Shown piece after piece: positions 1-9,245 of a stretch of DNA of 64,000 nucleotides; the stretch's first letter is position 1, and the number at the start of each line of letters is the position of its first letter. The position numbers and the translations under genes are program-made. This DNA comes from a bacterium (lineage in GTDB: Bacteria; UBA10199; 2-02-FULL-44-16; JAAZCA01), in NCBI GenBank assembly GCA_041648665.1, contig JBAZOP010000004.1:12875-76874 (forward strand), given 5' to 3'. The notes below the pieces were generated by a model, which saw only the letters and a program-made list of their open reading frames with translations, did not search any database and was not told the origin of the DNA.

Positions 1-231
1 GAGCAGGACGGCAAGCTCCACCCCATCCAGCAGGCCTTCATAGATTGCGGCGCGATACAGTGCGGCTTCTGCACGCCCGGCATGGTGCTCGCCGCAAAGG
101 CGCTTTTAGATTCAAATCCCGATCCGACGAGGGAGGAGATAAGGACGGCGCTGTCGGCCAACCTCTGCAGATGCACCGGATATCAGCAGATATTCCAGGC
201 CGTGGAAAAAGCGGCCAGGCTGCTGAAATAG
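1..231 (+). CDS. C-terminal fragment of a [2Fe-2S]-binding small subunit of a xanthine dehydrogenase/CO dehydrogenase-family molybdenum hydroxylase (5' end lies outside the window)
   Basis: Frame 1 is open from base 1 to TAG at 229-231. It reads ...IQCGFCTPGMVLAAKALL...NLCRCTGYQQI..., the second-cluster Cys motifs of this family. It is absent from the ORF track because there is no start codon in the window. Confidence 0.85.
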   Translation, partial: EQDGKLHPIQQAFIDCGAIQCGFCTPGMVLAAKALLDSNPDPTREEIRTALSANLCRCTGYQQIFQAVEKAARLLK

Positions 232-255
232 GGGCGCTGCGACCACAGACACGAC

Positions 256-1365
256 ATGGGGACAAATATGAAAAACAAGCTCATCATAACGATCCTTTCA
301 GCGGTCGCGCTCGTCGCAATCATGGTCGGGACCATCGCGCTCGCGTCCAGGGGAGCCATCAATGCAATCGAGCGGCAGAGGCACGACATCATCGGTCTTG
401 CGATCGACGTGGGCGACTACGGCGTCAATCTGTTTTCCGCATCTCTGGTGCTCAAAGACATCAAGATATACCCAGCCGGCAAGGAGGATGACGAGCACAT
501 CCTCGCAAAGGCCGACGCCCTGCGCGTTGCGCTCTCGCCCCGCGATCTGCTGGTAAAGACGATCCATGCGCGCAAGATCGTGCTCGTGAATCCGAAGATC
601 AACGTCATCAAGGAAACGAAGACCGACTTCAACTGGGATGCGCTCGACCTTGGGGCGGACGAGGAGAAGGCCAAGACCGAGGCCGATGAGGACAAGGCGG
701 ATGAGTGGGAGGTCAGGATCGATTCGGTCAAGATCCGCGACGGAGAGATCGCATACGTCGACAAGTCCGAAGGCCACAGGTTGAGGCTCACCAAGCTCAA
801 TATGCAGGTGAGCGACATACGGCCGAACGACAACCCCGACGAACTGCCCACACAACTCAACATCGACGCCAAGATAGACGACAACAAAGGCATGCTGAAC
901 GTGAGGGGCAGGCTGAACCTCTTCGCAGAGGGCGTCAATTTCAAGCTGCGCTCGATAATCGGCAACTCGCCGATCACTTACTACCGCTCGTTCTACGCGG
1001 GGAGCACGCCCTTCCCGATCGTCGGCGGCACAATCTCCATCACCAGCCAGGCCACTTCCAAGAAGAGCGAACTCCTGGCCAACAATCACGCCACGATCTA
1101 CAACCTACGCGCAGGCGGCGGGATAAAGGGAGACCTGATCAACGCCTTTGTGCTTAAAAAACGCGCGCCCGTGGAAGCGGACGTCACGGTGAAGGGCAAC
1201 ATCGAAAAGGGGGACTTCAACGTGGGTTCCAAGATCTCCGCCGGCATAGGCGATGGAATACTGGCTCAGGCCAAGGCGATACCCGACCTCCTGAGCCCGG
1301 CTGAAAAGATAATGAGCAAGACAAAATCCATCGGCGAGGGAGTAAAGGGTCTGTTCAAACGCTAG
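256..1365 (+). CDS. membrane-anchored protein of unknown function, AsmA-like/DUF748-like
   Basis: 369-aa ORF. An N-terminal hydrophobic anchor (KLIITILSAVALVAIMVGTIALA) is followed by a long beta-rich soluble region reminiscent of AsmA/DUF748 proteins. The family call is from recall only. Confidence 0.5.
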   Translation: MGTNMKNKLIITILSAVALVAIMVGTIALASRGAINAIERQRHDIIGLAIDVGDYGVNLFSASLVLKDIKIYPAGKEDDEHILAKADALRVALSPRDLLVKTIHARKIVLVNPKINVIKETKTDFNWDALDLGADEEKAKTEADEDKADEWEVRIDSVKIRDGEIAYVDKSEGHRLRLTKLNMQVSDIRPNDNPDELPTQLNIDAKIDDNKGMLNVRGRLNLFAEGVNFKLRSIIGNSPITYYRSFYAGSTPFPIVGGTISITSQATSKKSELLANNHATIYNLRAGGGIKGDLINAFVLKKRAPVEADVTVKGNIEKGDFNVGSKISAGIGDGILAQAKAIPDLLSPAEKIMSKTKSIGEGVKGLFKR

Positions 1366-1376
1366 ATTCGCGCCCT

Positions 1377-2642
1377 TCAGATCGCGTCCACGTCCAACTT
1401 GTTCCCTGCTACATATGAAGCTTCGATCGCCCTGCTGTCGCCGCGGTACATGAGCAGCGAGAGTATCTCGTCGCACGCCAGCTCCGACTGCCTGCAGTTC
1501 GGATCGATACCGGAGAGGTCCACTGCGCAGAAGTCCGCGAACTTAGCCGGAGCGAAATTGCCGATCTCTCGCTCCATGGACATCGCGGCGGCCCCGCCCA
1601 TGGTGGCGAGCCAGAAGGCCTTCCTGGGGCCAACAGCCGCGCGCGGCTGCGCGTAGTCGGCATGGCGCATAGCCGTAAAGATCGATATCGAGGTGCCGGC
1701 GCCAACGTCGGTGCCGAGGCCGTAGATTATCCCCGCAGACTCGACCTTGTCCGCAGGCATATTCCCGCTCTTGAGAAAGAAGTTGGAGGTCGGGCAGTGC
1801 GCGATCTTTGTGCCCGACTTGCCCAAGCGCGCAAACTCATCGTCAGAGAGATGGATCGCATGCGCCAGTATCGTGCGCTCACCCAGCGCGCCCGCGTCCT
1901 CGAATAGCTCCACATAGTCGCGGTACTTTGGGAAGAGCTCGTGCACGCGCGCATTTTCATCCAGCGTCTCCGCGATGTGGCTCTGGAAATAGGCGCCGGA
2001 TTTGCGGGCGAGATCGGCCGCGCCCTTTATCAGCTCCATGCTGCAGGTCGGCGCGAACCTGGGCGTGAATGCGTAAGAGATCCTGCCGTCGCACGCGCCG
2101 TGCCAGCGCGCGCAGAGCCTCTCGCTCGCTGCGAGCGAATCAGAGGTCTTCTCGATGAGGACTGTCGGCGCATTCCGGTCCATCATCACCTTTCCGATGA
2201 AGCAGCGGACGCCGGAACCGTACGCTATCTCGAAGCAGCGGTCAGTCGCGTCCTCGTGCACGCTGGAATAGAGGCCAGAAGTCGTGGTGCCGTTGAGGAT
2301 GAGTTTTTTGAAGAAACGGCGCGCGATGTCATCGACGACCGCTGGATCGGAGAAAGCAGTCTCTGCAGGGAGAATAAACCTCTCCAGCCACTTGAGCAGC
2401 GTGGCGCCATGCCTGCCGCGCGCGTCGAGCTGCGGAATATGCGAATGACAGTCGACAAGTCCAGGGATGATGAGCCTGTTCGAGAGATCGACGACGCGGC
2501 CTTTGGCTTTGGAATCAAACGCGCCGCAGGATGCGATGCGGCCGGAGGCGTCCACGGACAGCATCCCGTCCCGGATGTCGTCCGTCCTCTCAGGACTCAG
2601 CGGATTTATTATTCGGCCTCGGAAGATCGTATGTTCTGCCAT
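1377..2642 (-). CDS. guaD: guanine deaminase-type amidohydrolase
   Basis: 421-aa ORF. It has the metal-binding HxH (VDCHSHIPQ), then the HIAE, AHAIHL, HCPTSNFFLKSG and GLGTDVGAG motifs typical of guanine deaminase. It is adjacent to a xanthine-dehydrogenase-type operon. Confidence 0.75.
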   Translation of the reverse strand: MAEHTIFRGRIINPLSPERTDDIRDGMLSVDASGRIASCGAFDSKAKGRVVDLSNRLIIPGLVDCHSHIPQLDARGRHGATLLKWLERFILPAETAFSDPAVVDDIARRFFKKLILNGTTTSGLYSSVHEDATDRCFEIAYGSGVRCFIGKVMMDRNAPTVLIEKTSDSLAASERLCARWHGACDGRISYAFTPRFAPTCSMELIKGAADLARKSGAYFQSHIAETLDENARVHELFPKYRDYVELFEDAGALGERTILAHAIHLSDDEFARLGKSGTKIAHCPTSNFFLKSGNMPADKVESAGIIYGLGTDVGAGTSISIFTAMRHADYAQPRAAVGPRKAFWLATMGGAAAMSMEREIGNFAPAKFADFCAVDLSGIDPNCRQSELACDEILSLLMYRGDSRAIEASYVAGNKLDVDAI

Positions 2643-2684
2643 GCGCTGAAGCTACGCGCCTGCCCCGGAAAATTCAAGGGCAGT

Positions 2685-3086
2685 TCACTCGGCAGCTGCA
2701 GGATTGGGAGAGACGGTCAGGGTATAATGGAATTCGCCGCCCATCGATGAATCGACCACGTCGGTCGCCTTGACCGTGATCTCGTATCTGCCCTCTTTCT
2801 CCGGGATGCCCTCGATATAGACCTTGCCCTCCACCTCCGCATCCATCTGAAGGATGAGTCCCACAGGCAGCACGCTGTGCCCCCACGCATAGCCATATCC
2901 GTGCCCTCCGTGAGCCTCGAACACGCAGCTATACTCCTCCGCGACCACTGCGCTGGACATGTCGCCCGTCTGCTCAGGCAACGGTTCGATCCTGATGCTC
3001 CCCTGCGCCTGGTCGAGCGCCTCGACAGAACCGGCGATGAGCATGATAATGATGATAATGACTACAGGAGAATACAGCCTTCCCAT
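2685..3086 (-). CDS. small secreted/anchored protein, function unknown
   Basis: 133-aa ORF with an N-terminal hydrophobic signal/anchor (VVIIIIIMLIAGSVEA). It lies directly upstream of guaD on the same strand. No catalytic motif was recognised. Confidence 0.4.
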   Translation of the reverse strand: MGRLYSPVVIIIIIMLIAGSVEALDQAQGSIRIEPLPEQTGDMSSAVVAEEYSCVFEAHGGHGYGYAWGHSVLPVGLILQMDAEVEGKVYIEGIPEKEGRYEITVKATDVVDSSMGGEFHYTLTVSPNPAAAE

Positions 3087-3269
3087 ATCCCCTCCGATCG
3101 GACAGGCCGACGAAGAGATAAATGAGCAAAATGGATGCCAGTTTTTGATGATAATTTAACCTTATAAATCGGGATGTTACAAGCTTGGCTGATTTTCGAA
3201 ATGATAAGGGCGTCAATGAATTGGAGCCTGGCGCCACATATGTTATGACTCCTTACAAAGAGGGGGACT

Positions 3270-4061
3270 ATGGACGTAGATAACAAATCTAATGAACTCA
3301 GGAAATCCAAGATCCCTTATTGCCTTGCCACTGTGGTCAAAGTGAAGGGTTCGGCGCCCAGGCACGCAGGCGCGAAGATGATCGTGACCGCAAGCGAGAG
3401 CTTCGGCACAGTCGGCGGCGGCGGAGTCGAGCACCAAGCGATAGATGACGCGCGCAAGATCCTGCGAAGACGCTCGCCGGAACTCAAGAAATACGATCTC
3501 ACGGAGCAGGGCATCCAGCCGTGCGGCGGGGAGGTGGAGATATTCCTCGAACCGATCGTGCCCCCCAAACGCATCGTGGTCTTCGGCGCAGGGCACGTGG
3601 CTGAAAAACTCTGCCCCATGCTCGCAGAAGCGAACTTCGAGGTCACGCTCGTGGACGAGCGCGAAGATCGGCTCGCAGCCGACGCGTTCAAGGACGTGTT
3701 GCACAAGATCAACGAGCTGCCCAGCGATTTTCTACCCAAAATAGAGTTCGCAGAGGACCTCCACGTGGTCTGCATCACCCACAAACACGTGCACGACGAG
3801 GCAATCGTGCGATACTGCCTAAAGAAGCCGTCCAGGTATCTCGGCGTCATAAGCTCGCGCAGCAAGTGGAAGCTCTTCTCTGAAAAATACAAGGCAGAGG
3901 GTTTCACGGACGAACAGATCTCGCACGTCTCCGTGCCGATCGGACTCGACATAGGAGCTGAAACCCCGTTCGAGATCGCAGTGGCGATAGTTGCGCAGCT
4001 GATACAGCTACATGAAAAACCGGATGACTTTGAAACCGGCAGATGCCACTTCAAGTTGTGA
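3270..4061 (+). CDS. xdhC: XdhC/CoxI-family molybdenum-hydroxylase maturation (accessory) protein
   Basis: 263-aa ORF. It has the N-terminal XdhC_CoxI-like segment (LATVVKVKGSAPRHAGAKMIV...GTVGGGGVE) and a Rossmann-like C-domain (IVVFGAGHVAEKL). Confidence 0.85.
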   Translation: MDVDNKSNELRKSKIPYCLATVVKVKGSAPRHAGAKMIVTASESFGTVGGGGVEHQAIDDARKILRRRSPELKKYDLTEQGIQPCGGEVEIFLEPIVPPKRIVVFGAGHVAEKLCPMLAEANFEVTLVDEREDRLAADAFKDVLHKINELPSDFLPKIEFAEDLHVVCITHKHVHDEAIVRYCLKKPSRYLGVISSRSKWKLFSEKYKAEGFTDEQISHVSVPIGLDIGAETPFEIAVAIVAQLIQLHEKPDDFETGRCHFKL

Positions 4062-4072
4062 AGGATGAATTC

Positions 4073-4690
4073 ATGAAGCCCACGGATCATTCCATTTTCG
4101 GCATAGTGCTCGCAGCAGGAGCATCGCAGCGCATGGGCGAACCAAAGGCCCTGCTTGCGACCGCTTCGGGCAAGACCCTGCTCGAGATCCAGTGCAACAT
4201 GCTTGCGGAGTCGGGCTGCAGGAGGGTCGCCGTGGTCGTGGGCGCGGACGCAGGCACGATAAGGAAGGCCCTCCCCGCGCTCAGCGCAGAGCTGATAGTG
4301 AATTCCGAATGGGAGAAGGGACAGTTCTCGTCGCTCGTCGCAGGAATCCGCAATGCGCTCTCTGCGGGCGCCTGCGGCGCGATCATACTCCCGGTGGATG
4401 CGATCGGCATCCCGACAGAGGTGGTGACAGCCCTCATAGAGACCGCTCTGAGGAATCCGCACCTTGAGGCCGTCGTGCCTGAGTACGAGGGGAAAAAGGG
4501 ACACCCTGTCTATCTCTCGAAGAGCTTCTGCGAGGCCCTGGCCGCGTTGGACCCTGGCCAGGATTCGGCGCGTCTGGATGCGCAACTGAAGGCTGCGTGC
4601 AACGTGATGGGCCTGCCGGTCAATAGCCCATCGGTCGTAAGGAACATAAACACTATGGATGATTGGAAGAGGTTTTCCTCACAGACCTGA
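4073..4690 (+). CDS. MobA/MocA-like nucleotidyltransferase (molybdenum cofactor cytidylyl/guanylyl transferase)
   Basis: The ORF is 4043-4690. The ATG at 4073 (MKPTDHSIFGIVLAAGASQRMGEPKALL) avoids overlap with xdhC, which ends at 4061. It carries the LAAGxSxRMG nucleotide-binding signature. Confidence 0.8.
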   Translation: MKPTDHSIFGIVLAAGASQRMGEPKALLATASGKTLLEIQCNMLAESGCRRVAVVVGADAGTIRKALPALSAELIVNSEWEKGQFSSLVAGIRNALSAGACGAIILPVDAIGIPTEVVTALIETALRNPHLEAVVPEYEGKKGHPVYLSKSFCEALAALDPGQDSARLDAQLKAACNVMGLPVNSPSVVRNINTMDDWKRFSSQT

Positions 4691-5519
4691 GGAACCTCAC
4701 GATCAGCCCGCCGGCAGCGAACTTCCTGTATTGAGCCGTGGAGCGCATATCGTCGATGGGCGCGATCTCGTCGGCGAGCGATTCGCGCGCCCTCCCTAGC
4801 AGCCCCTCGCTCAAGACTTGCCCCTTGAGCAGCGCCTCGGTGCCGGAGGCGCGCACAGGCACTGGGCCCACGCTGCCCAGCGCGATCTTTATCCACTCTA
4901 TGCCGCCGTGGCGGATCCTCGCGCGCACGCACATGGAGACCTTTGATATCGCCTGCGCGCTGCGCTGGCCGATCTTGTAGTAAGCGGCGCGCTCCTTGCT
5001 GTCGGACTTGGGGATGCGGATGCGCGCGAGCAGCTCGCCCTCCTCCACCGCGGTCTTCCTGTAGCCCGTAAAGAACTTGTCCGCAGGAACCCATCGCTCG
5101 CCCTCGAGGTTCTTGATCAGGAATTCGGCCCCGTGCGCGAGCAACACCGGCAGAGTGTCTCCGGCAGGCGACGCATTCATCACGTTGCCGCCTATGGTGC
5201 CCCTGTTCTGGATCTGCGCCCCGCCTATGGTGAGACACGCCTCCGCCAGCGCGGGCAGATGCTTCCGCACCGCATCGTTCGCCGCGATAGCCGCGTGCGT
5301 CTCCATCGTGCCGATCTCGACCGCCTGCGGCATGAGCGCAATGCCGCGGAGCTCCTCTATGGAGGAGAGGTCGACCACGCCCGAGAGCTCGCGCGCGGCC
5401 GTGCGCCTTTGAACGATGAGGTCGGTGCCGCCGGCGAGCGCCGCGAACTTACCCTTGTACATCACCAAGAGCCCCATGGCCTCGCCCAGGGTGGGCGGCT
5501 TGTGATATTCGAAGCTCAT
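4653..5519 (-). CDS. FAD-binding medium subunit of a xanthine dehydrogenase-family molybdenum hydroxylase
   Basis: MSFEYHKPPTLGEA...ALAGGTDLIV...TIGGNVMNASPAGD are FAD_binding_5-type motifs. The internal ATG at 5519 forms an ATGA overlap with the stop of the upstream 2Fe-2S gene (5516-5519). Confidence 0.85.
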   Translation of the reverse strand: MSFEYHKPPTLGEAMGLLVMYKGKFAALAGGTDLIVQRRTAARELSGVVDLSSIEELRGIALMPQAVEIGTMETHAAIAANDAVRKHLPALAEACLTIGGAQIQNRGTIGGNVMNASPAGDTLPVLLAHGAEFLIKNLEGERWVPADKFFTGYRKTAVEEGELLARIRIPKSDSKERAAYYKIGQRSAQAISKVSMCVRARIRHGGIEWIKIALGSVGPVPVRASGTEALLKGQVLSEGLLGRARESLADEIAPIDDMRSTAQYRKFAAGGLIVRFLRSVRKTSSNHP

Positions 5520-6001
5520 CTCTTCTTTCCCTTCCGCCTGGCTGCGCACTCCTCTATCGCGTCCACGATCTTCGCATAGCCTGTGCAGCGGCAGAGATTT
5601 CCCGCGATCGCCTGCGAGATCTCATTTCGCGTGGGCGACGGGTTTTTGATCAAGAGCGCCTGCGCGGCGATCAGCATGCCTGGCGTGCAGAAACCGCACT
5701 GGACCCCGCCCTTGTTCACGAAGCATTCCTGCAGCGGCGAAAGATGCGCAGCACTCCCCAGCCCCTCCACGGTCACGAGCCTGTCGCCGTCGGCTAGCTG
5801 GCCCCACAGCACGAGGCAGGAGTCCACCGCAGCGTCATTGAGGAGCACCGAACAGGCGCCGCACTCCCCCTCGCCGCAGCCCTCCTTGGTGCCGGTCAGC
5901 CCGAGCCTTGCGCGGAGCACGTCGAGCAGGCGCATCTGTGGCTCCGCATCGACGATGCGCTCTGTGTTGTTGACAAAAATCTTTTTTATGATCGAAGACA
6001 T
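5516..6001 (-). CDS. [2Fe-2S]-binding small subunit of a xanthine dehydrogenase-family molybdenum hydroxylase
   Basis: Contains CGEGECGACSV, CGFCTPGM and CRCTGY motifs. The ATG at 6001 lies 2 nt after the stop (6004-6006) of the large-subunit gene. Confidence 0.9.
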   Translation of the reverse strand: MSSIIKKIFVNNTERIVDAEPQMRLLDVLRARLGLTGTKEGCGEGECGACSVLLNDAAVDSCLVLWGQLADGDRLVTVEGLGSAAHLSPLQECFVNKGGVQCGFCTPGMLIAAQALLIKNPSPTRNEISQAIAGNLCRCTGYAKIVDAIEECAARRKGKKR

Positions 6002-6003
6002 CG

Positions 6004-8274
6004 TCACTCGCCTTCCTTCTTCTTCCACTCCTCGTACAGCTTCTCCGGCGTGATCGGCAGGCTGCACATGCGCAGGCCCGTGGCGCTGTAGATCGCGTTC
6101 GCTATCGCAGGAGCTCCGCCGTCCATCGGCAGCTCACCCAGCCCCTTTGCACCCATGGGCCCAAGGCTGTACGGCTCCTCGATTATGATCGTCTCCATCT
6201 CGGGCGCGTCGATCGCGGTCGGTATGATATACGTCTGCAGCCTGTCGCTCTTCACAAGCCCCGCGTCCATCGCCACGCGCTCCATGGTCGCCCAGCCGTG
6301 CGCCTGCAGCGTGCCGCCCTCGATCTGACCCGCCGCGAGCACCGGGTTGATGGCGCGGCCCATGTCCTGCGCGAGCCACATCTTCCGGACGCGCACCTCG
6401 AGGGTGTCCATGTCCACCTCCACCTCCGCCACGTCGCAGCCCCAGGAATAGGTGGGATAGGCGTCGCCGCGATATGTCTTGTCGTCCCACCTGAGCCCCG
6501 GCGGCATCTCGTATTCATCGGTGACGACATGGACGCCTTTCTTGAAGACATACGCCTTTATGAGTTCCCCCGCCTCCGCGATGCGCTTGCGGCCATCCAC
6601 GAGATACCTGCCGCTGAACGAGAGCTTGTCGCGTTTTGTTCCGAACTCCTTTGCGGCGAACCTGAAGAGCTCCTCTTTGATCCTCGCCGCGCATTTCCCC
6701 AGCACGACGCCCATGATCATGGTGGTGCGCGACGCCACGGTGGGACCGCTGTCAGGGACATACGCGGTGTCGGGCGTGGGCAGGGTCACAATATCCGCAT
6801 CCACGCCGAGCTGATCCGCAGCGATCTGCCGAAGCACCGTGTGCGCGCCCTGCCCCATCTCGGTGCATGCGGTGAGTATCGCGATCCTGCCCTCCTGCTC
6901 CAGCCTCAACGAGGCCTTGCCCTTGAGCTTCGCCTCGCCGGAGCCGGTGAAACCCGCACCGTGCATGAAGAGCGCCATTCCTATCCCGCGTTTGATATTG
7001 CCGCAGGGCCTGGCCGACTCCTTAGCGCGCTTGTCGAACTTTGAACGCTTCGCGGCCTCTTCGAGCACGCGCAGCGCCGCGACGCTCTCGGTGAGTTTCT
7101 GTCCGGTAGCGGTCGTATCCCCCTTTTTCAGGCAGTTCTTCCTTCGAAACTGAAGAGGAGAAAGCCTCGCCGCCTCTGCCACGCGGTCCATGTGGACCTC
7201 CAGCGGGAAAAAGGCCTGCGGCGCCCCGAAGCCGCGGAACGCGCCGTTGGGCGGAGTGTTTGTGGCAAAGGCCCTGGCGCGGACCCGAACGTTCGGGCAG
7301 CGGTACGGTCCCGCGCAGTGGATCGCGCCGCGCGAGAGCACGACCGGAGTGAGCGTCACGTACGCGCCGGCGTCGAGCTCGAAGGAGATGTCCATCGCCA
7401 CGAGCGTGCCGTCCCTCTTCATCCCGGTCCTGTGCGTCACCCGCGAGGGATGCCGCTTGGTGGTGACCCTTATGTCCTCGTCGCGGTCATAGACGATCTT
7501 CACAGGATGCCCGCACTTGCGCGAGAGCACGGCGCAGTAGCCGGCAAGTATCGACGGATAGTCCTCTTTGCCGCCGAATGCGCCGCCAACCACGGACTGG
7601 CGCACCGATATCCGTTCCTCCGGCACCCCCATGAGCACCGAGAGCGCGTGCGACACGTAGTAGGGGCACTGCAGCGACCCCACGACCGACAGGGCCCCGC
7701 CCTCTTTCCATTCCGCGATCATGCCCTGAGTCTCGATGTATATGTGTTCCTGCGGCCCGGTCTCGTAGGAGCCCTCCACCACGATCTCCGCTCTCCTCAA
7801 GGCCGCCTCGACGTCGCCTTTTTTTATGTCGCAGCGATGGATGACGTTGTCCTTCGCGAATATCTTCGTCTTGGCCGCCTTCGCCTCGTCGATCGTGAGC
7901 ACCGGGCGGAGCGCCTCGCTCTCCACGCGCACAGCCCTGACCGCGGCCCTGGCCAGCTCGCGGGTAGGCGCCGCGACGAGGAGGAGGGCCTCGCCCGCAT
8001 GCCTTATCTCTTTTTCGACGATGAGCGGCAGGTCCTCGCGGATCATGGCCACGCAGTTTTTGCCGGGGATGTCCTCTGCGCCCGCGACCGCAACACGGTT
8101 CCAGTCGAACGCCGGATCGAGTTCGATCGATATCACCCTGCCTCGGGGGATGTCGGAGCGAACGATCGCGCCGTGCCACATGCCGGGCATCTGTATGTCG
8201 TCTACGTATGCGGCGGCGCCTGTGACCTTCTCCCCCGCGTCGGCGCGCGGAATGCTTCGTCCAACTTCGGCCAT
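6004..8274 (-). CDS. molybdopterin-binding large subunit of a xanthine dehydrogenase/aldehyde oxidoreductase-family enzyme
   Basis: 756-aa ORF. It has the a/b-hammerhead N-terminus (GRSIPRADAGEKVTGAAAYVDD) and typical GGAFGGKE and GQGAHT motifs. It is the first gene of a large-small-FAD operon. Confidence 0.9.
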   Translation of the reverse strand: MAEVGRSIPRADAGEKVTGAAAYVDDIQMPGMWHGAIVRSDIPRGRVISIELDPAFDWNRVAVAGAEDIPGKNCVAMIREDLPLIVEKEIRHAGEALLLVAAPTRELARAAVRAVRVESEALRPVLTIDEAKAAKTKIFAKDNVIHRCDIKKGDVEAALRRAEIVVEGSYETGPQEHIYIETQGMIAEWKEGGALSVVGSLQCPYYVSHALSVLMGVPEERISVRQSVVGGAFGGKEDYPSILAGYCAVLSRKCGHPVKIVYDRDEDIRVTTKRHPSRVTHRTGMKRDGTLVAMDISFELDAGAYVTLTPVVLSRGAIHCAGPYRCPNVRVRARAFATNTPPNGAFRGFGAPQAFFPLEVHMDRVAEAARLSPLQFRRKNCLKKGDTTATGQKLTESVAALRVLEEAAKRSKFDKRAKESARPCGNIKRGIGMALFMHGAGFTGSGEAKLKGKASLRLEQEGRIAILTACTEMGQGAHTVLRQIAADQLGVDADIVTLPTPDTAYVPDSGPTVASRTTMIMGVVLGKCAARIKEELFRFAAKEFGTKRDKLSFSGRYLVDGRKRIAEAGELIKAYVFKKGVHVVTDEYEMPPGLRWDDKTYRGDAYPTYSWGCDVAEVEVDMDTLEVRVRKMWLAQDMGRAINPVLAAGQIEGGTLQAHGWATMERVAMDAGLVKSDRLQTYIIPTAIDAPEMETIIIEEPYSLGPMGAKGLGELPMDGGAPAIANAIYSATGLRMCSLPITPEKLYEEWKKKEGE

Positions 8275-8325
8275 ACGGAGGTTCTAACGGCCGGCCGTCC
8301 TGAAATCAAGGGCAAAGACCGCTCT

Positions 8326-9231
8326 CTATACGCGACGAGCCACGAGCAAGATGACTTCGCCCCGCTTCGAGAAATAGAGCAGGAGGTTGGCGATGAGACA
8401 GAAGGGCGCGATTATCAAAAAAAGCGCCATGCGAAAAAACACCCGCCAGGTCAAGCCGCCGTTCTGGAGAAAACGGAAAAAGACATGATCGCTTTTCGTG
8501 GCCTTGCTGATCAGGCTCTGCGCCGAAATAAACGTAGAATACTCAAGCGAGAAGGTATGCGCCTTCCCCACAGTCAACCCGCACCGCTCCAGGAGCCGCG
8601 TGAGGGATTCCGGGGTGAAGAACCAGCGATGGTGCTCGAGATCAAGACCCAGCCAATATTTTCCAGTCATCCGGCGGGTCCATGAGTTCAAGTTGGGCAC
8701 TTCGACTATGAACGCGCCCCCCTTGCAGAGAAGCTTTGATATCCGACGGACGTACGATTCGGGTTCGCGCAGATGCTCCAGGACGTGCCACATGATCACC
8801 ACGTCGAAGTTTTCCTCCCCGAAGTCCAGCTCCAGCAGGTCGCGGTCGTATATCTCAAGGCCGAGGAAATTTCGCGAAAATTCATATGCCGGCCTCGATA
8901 TCTGAGTTCCGACGGTCCTGGTGAAACCGAAAAATTTTCGCAGATAATAGAGAGTGAAGCCGCGGCCGCTCCCCACGTCGAGTATCCTTTTCGCATGCCG
9001 GCAGACGCTGACGATCTTGAAGGCGCGAAACAGGCGGAAGAGGCGGATGACGGATTCGACGCCGAATAAAAACCGTCCCGCTATCTCATTGTGGTAATAG
9101 TCTTCATACAGCGCCCTATCCTCCTCCTCCGTCCGCGACGCCTCCAGGAAGATCAGGTCGCAGCTCTCGCATCGAAGCAGACGCTTCCCATCGAAGCTGT
9201 CGAACGGCGTCGCATGATTATGATCGCACAT
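8326..9231 (-). CDS. class I SAM-dependent methyltransferase with a C-terminal hydrophobic tail
   Basis: SAM motif I (ILDVGSGRGF), followed by VIMWHVLEHL. There is an N-terminal Cys-pair region (MCDHNH...RCESCDL). The start at 9231 avoids overlap with the upstream radical SAM gene. Confidence 0.75.
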   Translation of the reverse strand: MCDHNHATPFDSFDGKRLLRCESCDLIFLEASRTEEEDRALYEDYYHNEIAGRFLFGVESVIRLFRLFRAFKIVSVCRHAKRILDVGSGRGFTLYYLRKFFGFTRTVGTQISRPAYEFSRNFLGLEIYDRDLLELDFGEENFDVVIMWHVLEHLREPESYVRRISKLLCKGGAFIVEVPNLNSWTRRMTGKYWLGLDLEHHRWFFTPESLTRLLERCGLTVGKAHTFSLEYSTFISAQSLISKATKSDHVFFRFLQNGGLTWRVFFRMALFLIIAPFCLIANLLLYFSKRGEVILLVARRV

Positions 9232-9245
9232 GATCTCGGTCCCTC

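Noticed and set aside
3087-3269. Possible purine or Moco riboswitch in the 183-nt leader of xdhC, where CCTTAT...ATAAGG could form a P1-like helix.
   Set aside because: Only about 38 nt lie between the putative P1 strands. None of the conserved purine-riboswitch loop/junction sequences or Moco-motif cores are recognisable. An Infernal scan would be needed.
7192-8685. Long ORFs antisense to, or out of frame with, well-supported genes. Examples are 7192-8685(+), 3317-4585(-), 45010-46122(-), 47546-48826(+), 48823-50394(+), 52444-53901(+), 53289-54593(+), 55542-57491(+), 43112-44020(+) and 31377-32693(+).
   Set aside because: They overlap genes with clear family motifs. Their translations are Arg/Ala/Pro/Gly-rich low-complexity sequences, typical of shadow frames in GC-rich DNA, and they carry no recognisable motifs.
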